Source of the DNA: Eledone cirrhosa
Lineage: Eukaryota
DNA length: 64,000 bases
Assembly: GCA_964016885.1 (NCBI GenBank)
Contig: OZ024744.1
Location: forward strand, 123,628,001 to 123,692,000
Direction: 5' to 3'
Shown: piece after piece, positions 39,743-53,223 of the stretch
How the letters are laid out: each line of letters starts with the position of its first letter
Position numbering within the stretch: position 1 is the first letter of the stretch
Notes under the pieces: generated by a model
Told to the model about the DNA's origin: nothing
The model's input: only the letters and a program-made list of their open reading frames with translations
The model's database searches: none
Program-made: the position numbers and the translations under genes

Positions 39743-41534
39743 CTAGCAGAATGGCCCGGCGTTACTCGGGATTTGCTCTAGGGTTCTTATATATTTGATA
39801 TATATTTATCCCTATTGAGCCTCGTGAAATATGTTTATTTATATTTTGTTATTGTGTATGCAAAAATATCTGTACACGAATATATAATTATATATATATC
39901 TATATATCTAAAACAGAGAATGTCTGTCTGTCTGTCTGTCAGGTCACTAAAACTTGAGAACCACCCAACCGATTGTTTTCAAACTTTACACATGTAATAC
40001 TTATGGTCCTGTGAGTGTTTTGAGCAAAATAATAAGGGACCGCATTAGGCGATTTAGCAATCTCTCTCTATAATTCTTAGTCTTTCTTTTTAGATAGATA
40101 TAATGTTGCGCCCTTATAATATCTGTCTGTATGTCTGGCTGTCTGCATTATGTCATTATGACGCGATCAGTGTGTGTGTGTATATATATGTATCGTAATG
40201 CAGACAGCAAGACATATAGCTTTCCTTCCCCTCTTCCAGCGTCTCTCTCTCTCCCGCTATCCCCCTCTTTTAGTCTGTCTGTTTCTTTCACTCTCACTCT
40301 TTCTCTTTATAACTCACTCACATTAATACTAAAGGGTTAAGGTATTGTTCTCAAAATAAATAATATTAAATCTATGAGATTTTTATATTATGTGAGATAA
40401 AGCCTTTACCATGAAAATAATATAGTATATATAGAGTAATGTAAATGCTAAAGGGTTAATTCCATCAGACCATGTGAGAGAGTTTATAATCACACACGTA
40501 CACTTACACACTCACGCATGCAAACACACACAAACTCACACACACGCGCGCACGTACACACACGCAATAGGTATTCCACTGTTATGTATCTTTGACGCAT
40601 ACAACTCTCAAAAGACGGCGTCTGTCACTCTCTCTCTCTCCCGCTATCCCCCTCTTTTAGTCTGTCTGTTTCTTTCACTTTCACTCTTTCTCTCTGTAAC
40701 TCGTTCACATTTCTCCCCTCTATCGAAAAACGAGGAGGAGGAGGAGGAGTAGAGGGCCACTTCTTCACTTCGCCTCTCCGTTTCTTTCTCTCCCCTCTCA
40801 CTCCCTCATTATGTACAGACATTGGCCACTTCACTAATTCGATCTCTAGGTCAGAATAATTTGAAATTTTTTTTTGCTCAAAACACTTCCAGGGCCATAC
40901 GGGTTACATGTGTAAAGTTTGAAAAAAAACGGTTGGGTACTTCTTGAGTTTTAGGGAAACAGACACACAGACAGACATCCTCTGTTTTATATATATAGAC
41001 TAGCAGAAAACCACCCGGGGGGGCGGTTTTCTGCTAGTCTATATATCTAAAACAGAGAATGTCTGTCAGCTCACTAAAACTTGAGAACCATCCAACCGAT
41101 TGTTTTCAAACTTTAGACATGTAATACTTATGGTCCTGTGAGTGTTTTGAGCAAAAATTATTTCAAATTTTCAATGCCCTAGGGACCGCATTAGGCGATT
41201 TAGCGTTCTCTCTATATAATTCTTAGTCTTTCTTTTTAGATAGATACATAGATATAACGTTGCGCCCTTATAATATCTGTCTGTATGTCTGGCTGTCTGC
41301 ATTATGTCATTATGATGCGCTCAGCGCAATTCCCTCGGCCTCAGTGACCAAAGTCAGTGGAGAGGGGAAGGTAATGTTTCTGTGGCACGTGTTTTAGCGT
41401 CTATTCACTCTCTCCCTCCCGCTATCCCCCTCTCGTAGTCTGTCTCTTTCTTTCACTCTCACTCTCTCTCTACGCACGTGTTTCCACTGTCGGACAGACA
41501 GACAGAGAAATTGCTGGTTATATATATAAGTAGA
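39743..41534 (-). mobile_element. Composite non-autonomous Helitron insertion
   Basis: On the minus strand it starts TC(TACTTATATATATAA...TCTGTCTGTCTG) at 41534 and ends with hairpin cccgagtaacgccggg then CTAG at 39743. It sits at A^T with no TSD; the empty site is visible in the mirror arm at ~46331-46375. Internal + strand Helitron starts at 39899 and ~41038. Confidence 0.8.
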
Positions 41535-41702
41535 TAATATAATAAATAAGTTACTGTTAATATTGTTAAAAGTAAGGTTTTACGTCAATTATTATATTAG
41601 GATCATGTAATACATATATACTATAAATATACAAATCAAACTTCATGAATCATAAAAGATGAGACACGGATTCAAAATAAATAAATGGTTTGCGATCCTA
41701 TA

Positions 41703-43298
41703 AGGAAGGACACTAATGAAGTAATTGACTGGTTTAAAAATATAGAAAATAGGAAAAATCACAAATTCATCCAAATGGACATAGCAAGTTATTATTCTTC
41801 TATTACACCTAACCTATTAAATAAGGCTTTGTCTTATGCTTACAAACATAAATATCTAACTACAGATGAAATCAATATCATATTAACTGCTAGAAGAACT
41901 CTAATTAATTTCAACAATGAGTATTGGACCCGTTCAGATAGGAATAGAAACTTTGACATTACCATGGGATCATCGGACTCTGCGCAGGTCACCGATCTTC
42001 TGGGGATTTTTATCTTAAATATGGTAAATAGAAAACTGCCGGAGATTACTGGTGGTTTATATAGGGCGATATTTTATTTACAGTTGTCAAGCATAGCAAT
42101 ACAGAACTAAATAGGGTTAAGAAAACTATAATTGGATTCTTTAAAAATTACGACCTTAAATTTGAAGTTGAAAGTAGTACCAAAATAGTTAATTTCCTTG
42201 ACATTACCCTTAACTTAAACTCAGGACTTTATTACCCTTTCCATAAGCCCAATGAAAACTTAAATTACATTAGCTATTACTCTAATCACCCTAAATTCGT
42301 GAAAAATGCAATAGTCAGTAGTGTACAGAAACGCATAACTAGAATATCCGCTAATAAATCCATATTTGATTTAAAAGCAGGATATTATAATGATGCGCTA
42401 CATAAGGTAGGTTATAAAAATAATATTGAATATATAGATAATAATAATCTGAATTATAATCCTGATAAAAATAAGACTAACATATATAAACGAGATTCTA
42501 AAAATTATAATACAAACACCAATACCGTGAATAAATCTTAGAAAAAAATCAGAACTAAAATCAGTTATATGCTCCTCCCGCATCTGTAGCAATTAAAACA
42601 CCACTCACAAATCTATTCTTTAAAGCTTTAGATAAATGCTTCCCCACACAACATAAATACCGTTCCATATTTAACAGACACACAATTAAGCTTTCTTATT
42701 CTACAACTATGAATATGGCCCAGAACATTGCAAAAATAAATAGTAGAATTCTAAATCACAACCAACAAACAATTAGGGATAATGAATATAATAACACTAG
42801 CAATATTAATACTAGGAATAACATTAATCTAAGCACTATCAATAGAACACTTCAAAGTACTAGCAATGTTAATGTCAATTGTCCAATTTATAGTAATAAC
42901 AATAAATCGAAATGTAATTGCAGAAATAGATCAAATTGCCCTCTGCAAAATAATTGTCTGGATAGCAATCTGGTCTATAAATGCACCGTAAAAGCAAATA
43001 ATATCACATACAACTATATTGGTGCAACTTCATCGACATTTAAATTAAGATTTTCGAATCACAAATGTTCTTTTTCGAATCCTAATAGGAAATCTTCGAC
43101 TTCTTTATCACAACTTATATGGTCATTAACCCTTTAGCATTCGCATTAATTTTCAAATGTCATGCTTATCTGTTCGCATTTATTCAAGAGGGTTATCAAT
43201 TTCATTTGTTTGTAATTTTCTTAATTTTCTATGTGCAGACTTGAAATTTTGTCAGTAGATGTTAAAATATCAATAATTTACAATTGTATATTTTTACC

Positions 43299-43335
<37 letters not shown>

Positions 43336-45394
43336 TTAAATTTGACTTTTATGGGCAGGTGAAATTAATTAACAGGTGTAAAAGTAATGGTTTTATGGAT
43401 AAACACAAAAATTAAAACTTTATCTGACTTACCTGCTAGATTTGTTACAAAGAATATCCAACAATGACCTAGATGTTTACGAGAAGTATATCCTCCACGT
43501 AGCTGAGAGGCAATGTCTACACAAAATTTCATGTGACAGCAGTCCTTTGGTGGTGGCGGATTCTTGTGGCTTTTAGTGAATACAATAAAAGAATTCACAA
43601 TGGTTAAATTCACTAAAACCACAAGATATATCTCCACCATTTCTTTCCAGGGTGTCCAACTGGGTAATACGCGCAATATTGGTCGGATTTGTCAACCCCA
43701 CCCATATATTTATTATAGGAGAGGTTGACTAAAGGTTTACCTTCAGTCCCAACTCCTGGTTCTTGGTTAGACGATAGGAACAAAATTTGCCGCTTGTCTT
43801 TATACAATGTGGCTAACAAGTTCCCTTTTTGCAATTGGAGAATTTCCCCTCTCTTTTTAAATGTTGTGATTTTCATTTCTTGGGGTAGCCTTTTGCGATT
43901 CCCCATTATTGTACCGCAGGTGTACGTATTTACGAGGGCAAGATCCTCTGCTAGACGCACTGAAGAAAAAAAACGATCAAAATATATGTGTCTATGTTGA
44001 GAGTGAAAAGGGTTCAGTCAGCGACCACACAACATCATACCCCAAGCCATATTTTTTCTCTCCGTTGTGTTTCTTTTCTGTGTAAACATCAAAGTTTACA
44101 CAGTAGCCTGTGTCCGATTCACAGTTCCCACACCTTGATGCCCCATTTAGTGGGTTTAGCTGGCATGTATTGTCTAAAATGAATCCTACCCTTATACCCA
44201 ATCATAGCTTCATCAACACTAAGATTTTTCCCAGGTATATACACTGTTTTAAATTTTTCCGAGAGCATTTTAATTACTGGTCGAACTTTATACAGAGGGT
44301 CATAATTGAAATCATTTCTACCAGGGGCATTTGAAGTATCAACCAGATGCAAATATTGGTTTAATTTCAAATACCTTGTTTTTGGCATAGTACTTGATAT
44401 ATAAGGGTCGCTAAACCTTATATCAGTGCTCCAGTAATTCCACAGTCTTGGAAATTGTTTTATACCAAATTGTTTTATGGTAAAAAACGCTTGCATCTCC
44501 GCAGCATCTGTCGGTCGCCATAACTGATCGGGTTTTCTTCAATATGAAATCTGCTGTTGGGCATATTGATTCGTCTCTTTTGCCACAACTTCAAAGAAAG
44601 TTTGTGGCAAAAACAAAAAGAAATGCTTTAGCATCGGGAGATAATATATGCTGTGGACCAGTATTTTCAACAAAATTGGGAACATGTATTGGTGTGGTAT
44701 TTTTCGACCATGTTGCTGAAATATCTTCAATGGCGCCCTGGAGATCTGCTTCGCTTTCACTTTCAAAATAACAATCTTCGTCGGACGAAATTTCAGAAAT
44801 ATAAATATCAGATTCATTTGATGAAATATCACTAATATTATCGTTTGTTTCTTGTTTATTCTGAATGTCGTCTTGTGTAAAACCTTCAAAGTCGGTATCG
44901 CTACTTTCAGAAGCCATGTTGATACAAAAAAATTTGTTGCACTTTCAAAGTTAAAAAAACACGTGTTGCTTTAACTTGTTTCACTAATTTTCGCGGTAAA
45001 GGCCTAATCTCGCAGTGGTCTCGAATGGACGAGATTTTGGTGATGGTTTGTTTATTTTTAGAACAATATTTTAGTGTAGGTGTTTTCGGGTGCTTTCGGG
45101 CGGTTTGAACAAATGAAGGGCAAATAATTTTGGGCACTTTCGGGCGGTTTGAACACTAAAGGGTTAAAAGACAAAAATTTTAAATACTCTATTTCTTGGT
45201 CAAAGCTGTGTAATAGTCGAATCTACTTGAATTCTTCAATATCACCTAACTGCAATCTTTGTACTATGGAGACCCTATTAATAATTACTAATTATGAAAA
45301 TTTAATTAACAAAAAAAGTGAATTATTCTCAAATTGCCTACATAAAGCTTTTTCTACATTCCAAGCCTCGCAAAAAGTCAGGAAAAAACATTGA
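41703..45394 (+). pseudogene. Penelope-like (Naiad-type) reverse transcriptase plus GIY-YIG endonuclease; 5'-truncated, frameshifted, split by piggyBac
   Basis: Motifs VIDWF, FIQMDIASYYSSI, MGSSDSAQV, GLYR(D)D broken by a 1-bp deletion near 42067, NFLDITLNL, SNHP, IFNRHTIKLSYS, CNCR-x4-CPL-x3-C, VY..YIG..F..RF.NH, CNLC..E, NKKSE..C.H. Removing 43130-45167 restores IWSL|KDKN. Confidence 0.92.
43130..45163 (-). mobile_element. piggyBac transposon, both ends present, with decayed PGBD4-like transposase (~44917 to ~43420, several frameshifts)
   Basis: TTAA duplications at 43126-43129 and 45164-45167. TIRs CCCTTTAGCATTC and CCCTTTAGTGTTC. Motifs SVDEAMI..KGR..FRQYMPAKPTKWGIKVW, CGT, YNKYMGGVDKSDQ, KWWR. 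Confidence 0.95.
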
Positions 45395-45654
45395 GTAAAT
45401 AAGTTCTAATTTTTTGACGTTTCTTATCAACTGAGTGCATAAAATGATACTATAACAGATTATAAAACCTTATAATAATTTTTATTCATTTACGATATGA
45501 TTAATCTTAGATTAAGGGTTCTATATAAATATATAAACATATAGACTGTTAACATGATCTCTTGATGAATATGCATATCATTTGATTGTGTAAACACATT
45601 TAATTTTGTTCGGATTTTTGTATTTTTTAAAACATATAGCTTATATGGTTAACA

Positions 45655-46700
45655 GTAATAAGGAATCGTAGACCATTCATTTATTTATTTTGAATATGTT
45701 GTTTTTAAGATTCAAGATGTTTGATTTATATATTTATGATATATGTGTCGTACACGATCATAGTTGACAAACTTTTTCCACTTAACTTGACGTAAAACTT
45801 CAATTATAACATCATTAACAGTAATTGTATTATTATTTATTATATGTATATAAATCACGAATATCGTCTTAAGTTTTAAACAGAATACTCTGTATGTATT
45901 TAGACAAATGTGTATATCTAGTTTATTAACATCCCTCTAGGTACATTTATAAGTGCCTTAGATACTTAAGGACATTCTAGTGTTATATTTGTTAAATATT
46001 TTCTAAATTATATAATGATTATTTTTTAATTTAAATGTTTTTTAATATAATTAAATTTGGATTACCTTCGGGTTGATGAAAATCTTAAGTCTTTTCTTTC
46101 TCATGTTTGCAGACACTTAAAATATGATATTATACTATAATATAGATTCTTAAAAATGTTCTTGTATTTTTAAATTATAGGATCGCAAACCATTTATTTA
46201 TTTATTTTGAATTTGTGTCTCATCTTTTATGATTCATGAAGTTTGATTTGTATATTTATAGTATATATGTATTACATGATCCTAATGTAATAATTGACGT
46301 AAAACCTTACTTTTAACAATATTAACAGTAACTTATTTATTATATTATATTATATTATATGTAACTGACTAATATCGTCTTAAACTTTAAACAATATACT
46401 GTTTGTATAAATTTAGACAAATGTGTATATCTAGTTTAATAATATCATTTTTAAGTATTATAAGGCCTTTGGATACTTTAGGGCATTCTAATTGTTAATT
46501 TTAAATTTTTAAAGTTATAATTGTAATTGCTTTCTAAATTATATAATGATTATTTTTTAATATAAAATCTCTTCAATATAAAATTTTTTTTAATATAATT
46601 TAATATGGATTACCTTCAGGATGAAGAAAATATTAAGTCTCTTCTTTCTTATGTTTGCAAATACTTTAAATATGATATTATACTATAATATAAATACTTA
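45655..46700 (+). repeat. Diverged ~515-bp tandem duplication in the Penelope 3' UTR
   Basis: Blocks aatatcgtcttaa...ttagacaaatgtgtatatctagttta (45860 and 46371) and ggattaccttc...atgtttgca...tatgatattatactataata (46059 and 46607) recur. Confidence 0.8.
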
Positions 46701-46837
46701 TACATTTTATAGCCTGAAATATTATACCTTTAGATTAATTCACTATTTTGAGCTAACATAAATGATTCAAAATTTAACGGTCATCCGGATACATTTGGAT
46801 ATATATAATTGATTAATAGTCTATTTCTAATTAACTT

Positions 46838-46908
46838 GTATATATATATGTATGTATATATATATATGTATATATATATGTATATATATATATATGTATA
46901 TATATATG

Positions 46909-46997
<89 letters not shown>

Positions 46998-47134
46998 GTA
47001 TGTATATATATATGTATATATATATATGTATGTATATATATATGTATGTATATATATATGTATATATATATATGTATATATATATGTATATATATATGTA
47101 TATATATATGTATATATATATGTATATATATATG

Positions 47135-47165
<31 letters not shown>

Positions 47166-47228
47166 GTATATATGTATATATATATATGTATATATGTATA
47201 TATATATATGTATATATATATATATGTA

Positions 47229-47281
<53 letters not shown>

Positions 47282-47379
47282 ATATATATGTATATATATA
47301 TATATATGTATATATGTATATGTATATGTATATATGTATATATGTATATATGTATATATATATATATATGTATATATAT
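46838..47379. repeat. (TA)n/(TATG) microsatellite
   Basis: Direct reading; source of the YI-repeat ORFs. Confidence 0.97.
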
Positions 47380-47501
47380 GAACCAGTAAGACCCCGACAG
47401 CTGAGCTCAAGCCGTTTCGACGGCTAATTCTGGACGGAATTAGCCGTCCAGAATTAGCCTTCGAAACGGCTTGAGCTCAGCTGTCGGGGTCTTACTGGTT
47501 C
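47380..47501. repeat. 122-bp GC-rich fold-back (58-bp arms, 1 mismatch, 6-nt loop) with an ~80-bp unique tail to 47581, inside (TA)n
   Basis: gaaccagtaagaccccgacagctgagctcaagccgtttcgacggctaattctggacgg-aattag-ccgtccagaattagccttcgaaacggcttgagctcagctgtcggggtcttactggttc. Confidence 0.92.
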
Positions 47502-47640
47502 CTATTACCCACTCTACTACCTCAAGTATTGAGTACTTTGGTGCGTTATGGTCCACCTGGTTCCTTACCACATTTCCTCCGTTATATGTATATATGTATA
47601 TATGTATATATATGTATATATATATATATGTATATATATG

Positions 47641-47678
<38 letters not shown>

Positions 47679-47721
47679 TATATGAAATATAAGAATCAAA
47701 GAACTGTTCAAAACATTATTG

Positions 47722-47768
47722 TGCTTACAGCTGTTTCCTCCAAACCGAGGTTTGGATTCTTCGGAGCA
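47722..47768 (-). ncRNA. Mirror copy of the hammerhead-like motif at 50608-50654
   Basis: Reverse complement inside the left palindrome arm. Confidence 0.55.
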
Positions 47769-50607
47769 ATTTATTAATGCATGGACAGTTATATGACCTC
47801 CCTTTCAGCCGAGAGACATACCAATACAAACATTGATACATATTCAAACATTGTGGGTCAACATTCATTACAGAATTTAGAGTGGCAGTACACACTTCGA
47901 GAATTACATTTATATTAATAGGTACAATCAAAAATCAAAGATATAGGTTAAAGTACAACATGAAGATAAGTGGTTATATAGTGCAAATGTTATATGTGTG
48001 GCACGCATGTGCGTCTTGTTTATATAGTGTGGCAGAGAGATATGTGTGGTAGAGGCACTTAGGTAGGTAAATAAGAGTGTTAGGTTGGTAGATCTGGTGG
48101 CAAAGTCTTTATATGATTGATATAGTCTGTGTGTGGAGAAATATTATAAGCATTAAAGATAGTGCAAGCATTAAAAGTGTTATAAGTATTGGAGATGCAC
48201 AGCGCAGGGATGTCAAGTAATTCATGTACTTCGGTATTTTCATGGTCAAGGGAGTGTATATTTCGATTATATGCCTTTCACATAATCCACGACAATCCAG
48301 TTAGAGATCGTAGTCTGGTGTACTTTAGTTCGATACAGGAGGTTGTTACGTTTCGAGAGACGCCCTTGAATACCGGAAGTGTGTGTGTGGCTAAGGGGAG
48401 TTAATGCATGCGGGGAGGTAACTCTGGGGCTTCTATATCTAGCCATTAAAATGTGTCCCAATATAGACCCTAAATTCTATGGTGAGGTGCACCTTCCAAG
48501 AGAGACTTTTAAAGCATAAAGTGTACTAACTATAGAGTAGTTTAACTAAATTATGCTGAAGGTGATCATATTATTATTAAGGTGGATTAACCCATCTTAA
48601 GGTGCTACAAATGGAAATTATAGATGATGAGCGAGGATTCTAAATTAATGATCTTTGTGGTTGTAGTCTGCTCATATGACCAGGCGCGGTGATTGCAGGA
48701 TTGCTTCAGGACCCAATGATCTCTGGTAAGATCTGGGTCATCGCTTGCTACATTGGATGTCGAAAGATAATCATCCCCAGGCAGGCCAAAGGTCAATCCG
48801 CAGTCCTCGCGACCCCTCTCTGACCGTCAGATCATCCATATACGTACAACCCGCACGGCAGTTGCATTGCATTCACTCACTGCGCTCAGCAGCCTGGTCC
48901 TACTGGTCAACAGCGCTACTCGATTAAATCATTTTACATCTGTCTAAGGAAGGTGTTTCCTCTGCCCAACACCATCCAACCGATCAATTCATGCTCAAAT
49001 TACCCTTAGAGCGGTGTAGTGCCGTCCAGGTGGGTGGATGTTGTCACACCTGCCGTAGAGGTATAAATGGGTATTTTCCCTGCGAAGGGTTCCAGAGGGA
49101 TGTCGTTGTTTGTGTTATAATGGATCAGCTAGTGTTGGGTATGTAGTATAGGGTGTGTCTCTGGTGTTTGATGCTAGATGTGGTGTTAGGTTCCACATCT
49201 AGCATCAAACACCAGAGACACACCCTATACTACATACCCAACACTAGCTGATCCATTATAACACAAACAACGACATCCCTCTGGAACCCTTCGCAGGGAA
49301 AATACCCATTTATACCTCTACGGCAGGTGTGACAACATCCACCCACCTGGACGGCACTACACCGCTCTAAGGGTAATTTGAGCATGAATTGATCGGTTGG
49401 ATGGTGTTGGGCAGAGGAAACACCTTCCTTAGACAGATGTAAAATGATTTAATCGAGTAGCGCTGTTGACCAGTAGGACCAGGCTGCTGAGCGCAGTGAG
49501 TGAATGCAATGCAACTGCCGTGCGGGTTGTACGTATATGGATGATCTGACGGTCAGAGAGGGGTCGCGAGGACTGCGGATTGACCTTTGGCCTGCCTGGG
49601 GATGATTATCTTTCGACATCCAATGTAGCAAGCGATGACCCAGATCTTACCAGAGATCATTGGGTCCTGAAGCAATCCTGCAATCACCGCGCCTGGTCAT
49701 ATGAGCAGACTACAACCACAAAGATCATTAATTTAGAATCCTCGCTCATCATCTATAATTTCCATTTGTAGCACCTTAAGATGGGTTAATCCACCTTAAT
49801 AATAATATGATCACCTTCAGCATAATTTAGTTAAACTACTCTATAGTTAGTACACTTTATGCTTTAAAAGTCTCTCTTGGAAGGTGCACCTCACCATAGA
49901 ATTTAGGGTCTATATTGGGACACATTTTAATGGCTAGATATAGAAGCCCCAGAGTTACCTCCCCGCATGCATTAACTCCCCTTAGCCACACACACACTTC
50001 CGGTATTCAAGGGCGTCTCTCGAAACGTAACAACCTCCTGTATCGAACTAAAGTACACCAGACTACGATCTCTAACTGGATTGTCGTGGATTATGTGAAA
50101 GGCATATAATCGAAATATACACTCCCTTGACCATGAAAATACCGAAGTACATGAATTACTTGACATCCCTGCGCTGTGCATCTCCAATACTTATAACACT
50201 TTTAATGCTTGCACTATCTTTAATGCTTATAATATTTCTCCACACACAGACTATATCAATCATATAAAGACTTTGCCACCAGATCTACCAACCTAACACT
50301 CTTATTTACCTACCTAAGTGCCTCTACCACACATATCTCTCTGCCACACTATATAAACAAGACGCACATGCGTGCCACACATATAACATTTGCACTATAT
50401 AACCACTTATCTTCATGTTGTACTTTAACCTATATCTTTGATTTTTGATTGTACCTATTAATATAAATGTAATTCTCGAAGTGTGTACTGCCACTCTAAA
50501 TTCTGTAATGAATGTTGACCCACAATGTTTGAATATGTATCAATGTTTGTATTGGTATGTCTCTCGGCTGAAAGGGAGGTCATATAACTGTCCATGCATT
50601 AATAAAT

Positions 50608-50654
50608 TGCTCCGAAGAATCCAAACCTCGGTTTGGAGGAAACAGCTGTAAGCA
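50608..50654 (+). ncRNA. Minimal hammerhead-like motif with variant core CCGAAGA
   Basis: TGCT-CCGAAGA-A-TCCAAACC(TC)GGTTTGGA-G-GAAA-CAGCTG-TA-AGCA: palindromic stem III, GUA triplet, U4C core change. Confidence 0.6.
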
Positions 50655-50858
50655 CAATAATGTTTTGAACAGTTCTTTGATTCTTATATTTCATATAACT
50701 GCTCTGTAAATCATCTGATGTTTTTACATTGAGCTACTTAACTTACTGGTAATAAGGTAGTAATACATTACTGCCTACCACTATTTAGGGTGTGTGTAAA
50801 ATACTTACAACTGCTTAAGGTTTTGTGTTTACATAACCATAAATAGTATAACTAATAC

Positions 50859-50897
<39 letters not shown>

Positions 50898-51179
50898 GTT
50901 AAGACAGGAATGCCGTTATATAACGGCATTCCTGTCTTAACGACATCACAACTTTCTCCGCTTGGCCTGTTTCCCCCCTTTTGGAACTTTTCCCCCGTTG
51001 ATGGGCGTGAGCCCGAAATATTGGGATTAAATCTCTACTACGGTAACCCTTCTACCTTTGTTTTGTTTTCATCTTTGTCTCTCTCAATTTTCACTTTCAC
51101 CTGTTTTTCCTATCTATATTTCACTTCCTACCTCGAGATTTCCCTTTGCATTGTTGTGGCTTTCTTAAATACGTATCTT

Positions 51180-51180
<1 letters not shown>
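50898..51180 (+). mobile_element. Short fold-back element in (TA)n: perfect 44-bp palindrome, then a degenerate hammerhead-like motif (50991-51026)
   Basis: gttaagacaggaatgccgttat|ataacggcattcctgtcttaac, then TCCC-CCGTTGA-T-GGGC(GTGA)GCCC-GAAA-TA-TT-GGGA. Confidence 0.55.
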
Positions 51181-53168
<1,988 letters not shown>

Positions 53169-53223
53169 AAATAAATAAATAAATTTCAAATAAATAAATA
53201 AATAAATTTCAAAGCATATTACT

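Larger units (their letters stand above)
38445..46838. mobile_element. Penelope-like element (Naiad-type) with inverted duplication of its 3' region, flanked by (TA)n on both sides, carrying nested Helitron and piggyBac insertions
   Basis: 39258-39742 plus 41535-41703 is the reverse complement of 46175-46838. The RT/GIY-YIG ORF lies on + between the arms. A hammerhead lies in the left arm. Confidence 0.85.
47679..50697. repeat. Giant palindrome: 1505-bp arms (47679-49183 and 49193-50697), 9-nt spacer, ~170-bp unique tail to ~50868; probable Penelope-like pLTR fold-back
   Basis: All mirrored ORF pairs translate identically and their coordinates sum to 98376, so there is no net indel. Centre gatgctagatgtgg-tgttaggtt-ccacatctagcatc. 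Confidence 0.95.

Noticed and set aside
41703-45394. Selenocysteine recoding, reported for some Naiad elements
   Set aside because: I saw no in-frame TGA in the RT segment I translated, and the CNCR/CPL/CNLC cysteines are ordinary codons; the disruptions are frameshifts.
47725-50651. Mirrored 60-71 aa ORFs in the palindrome
   Set aside because: Short, no recognisable motifs; the duplication only reflects the inverted repeat.
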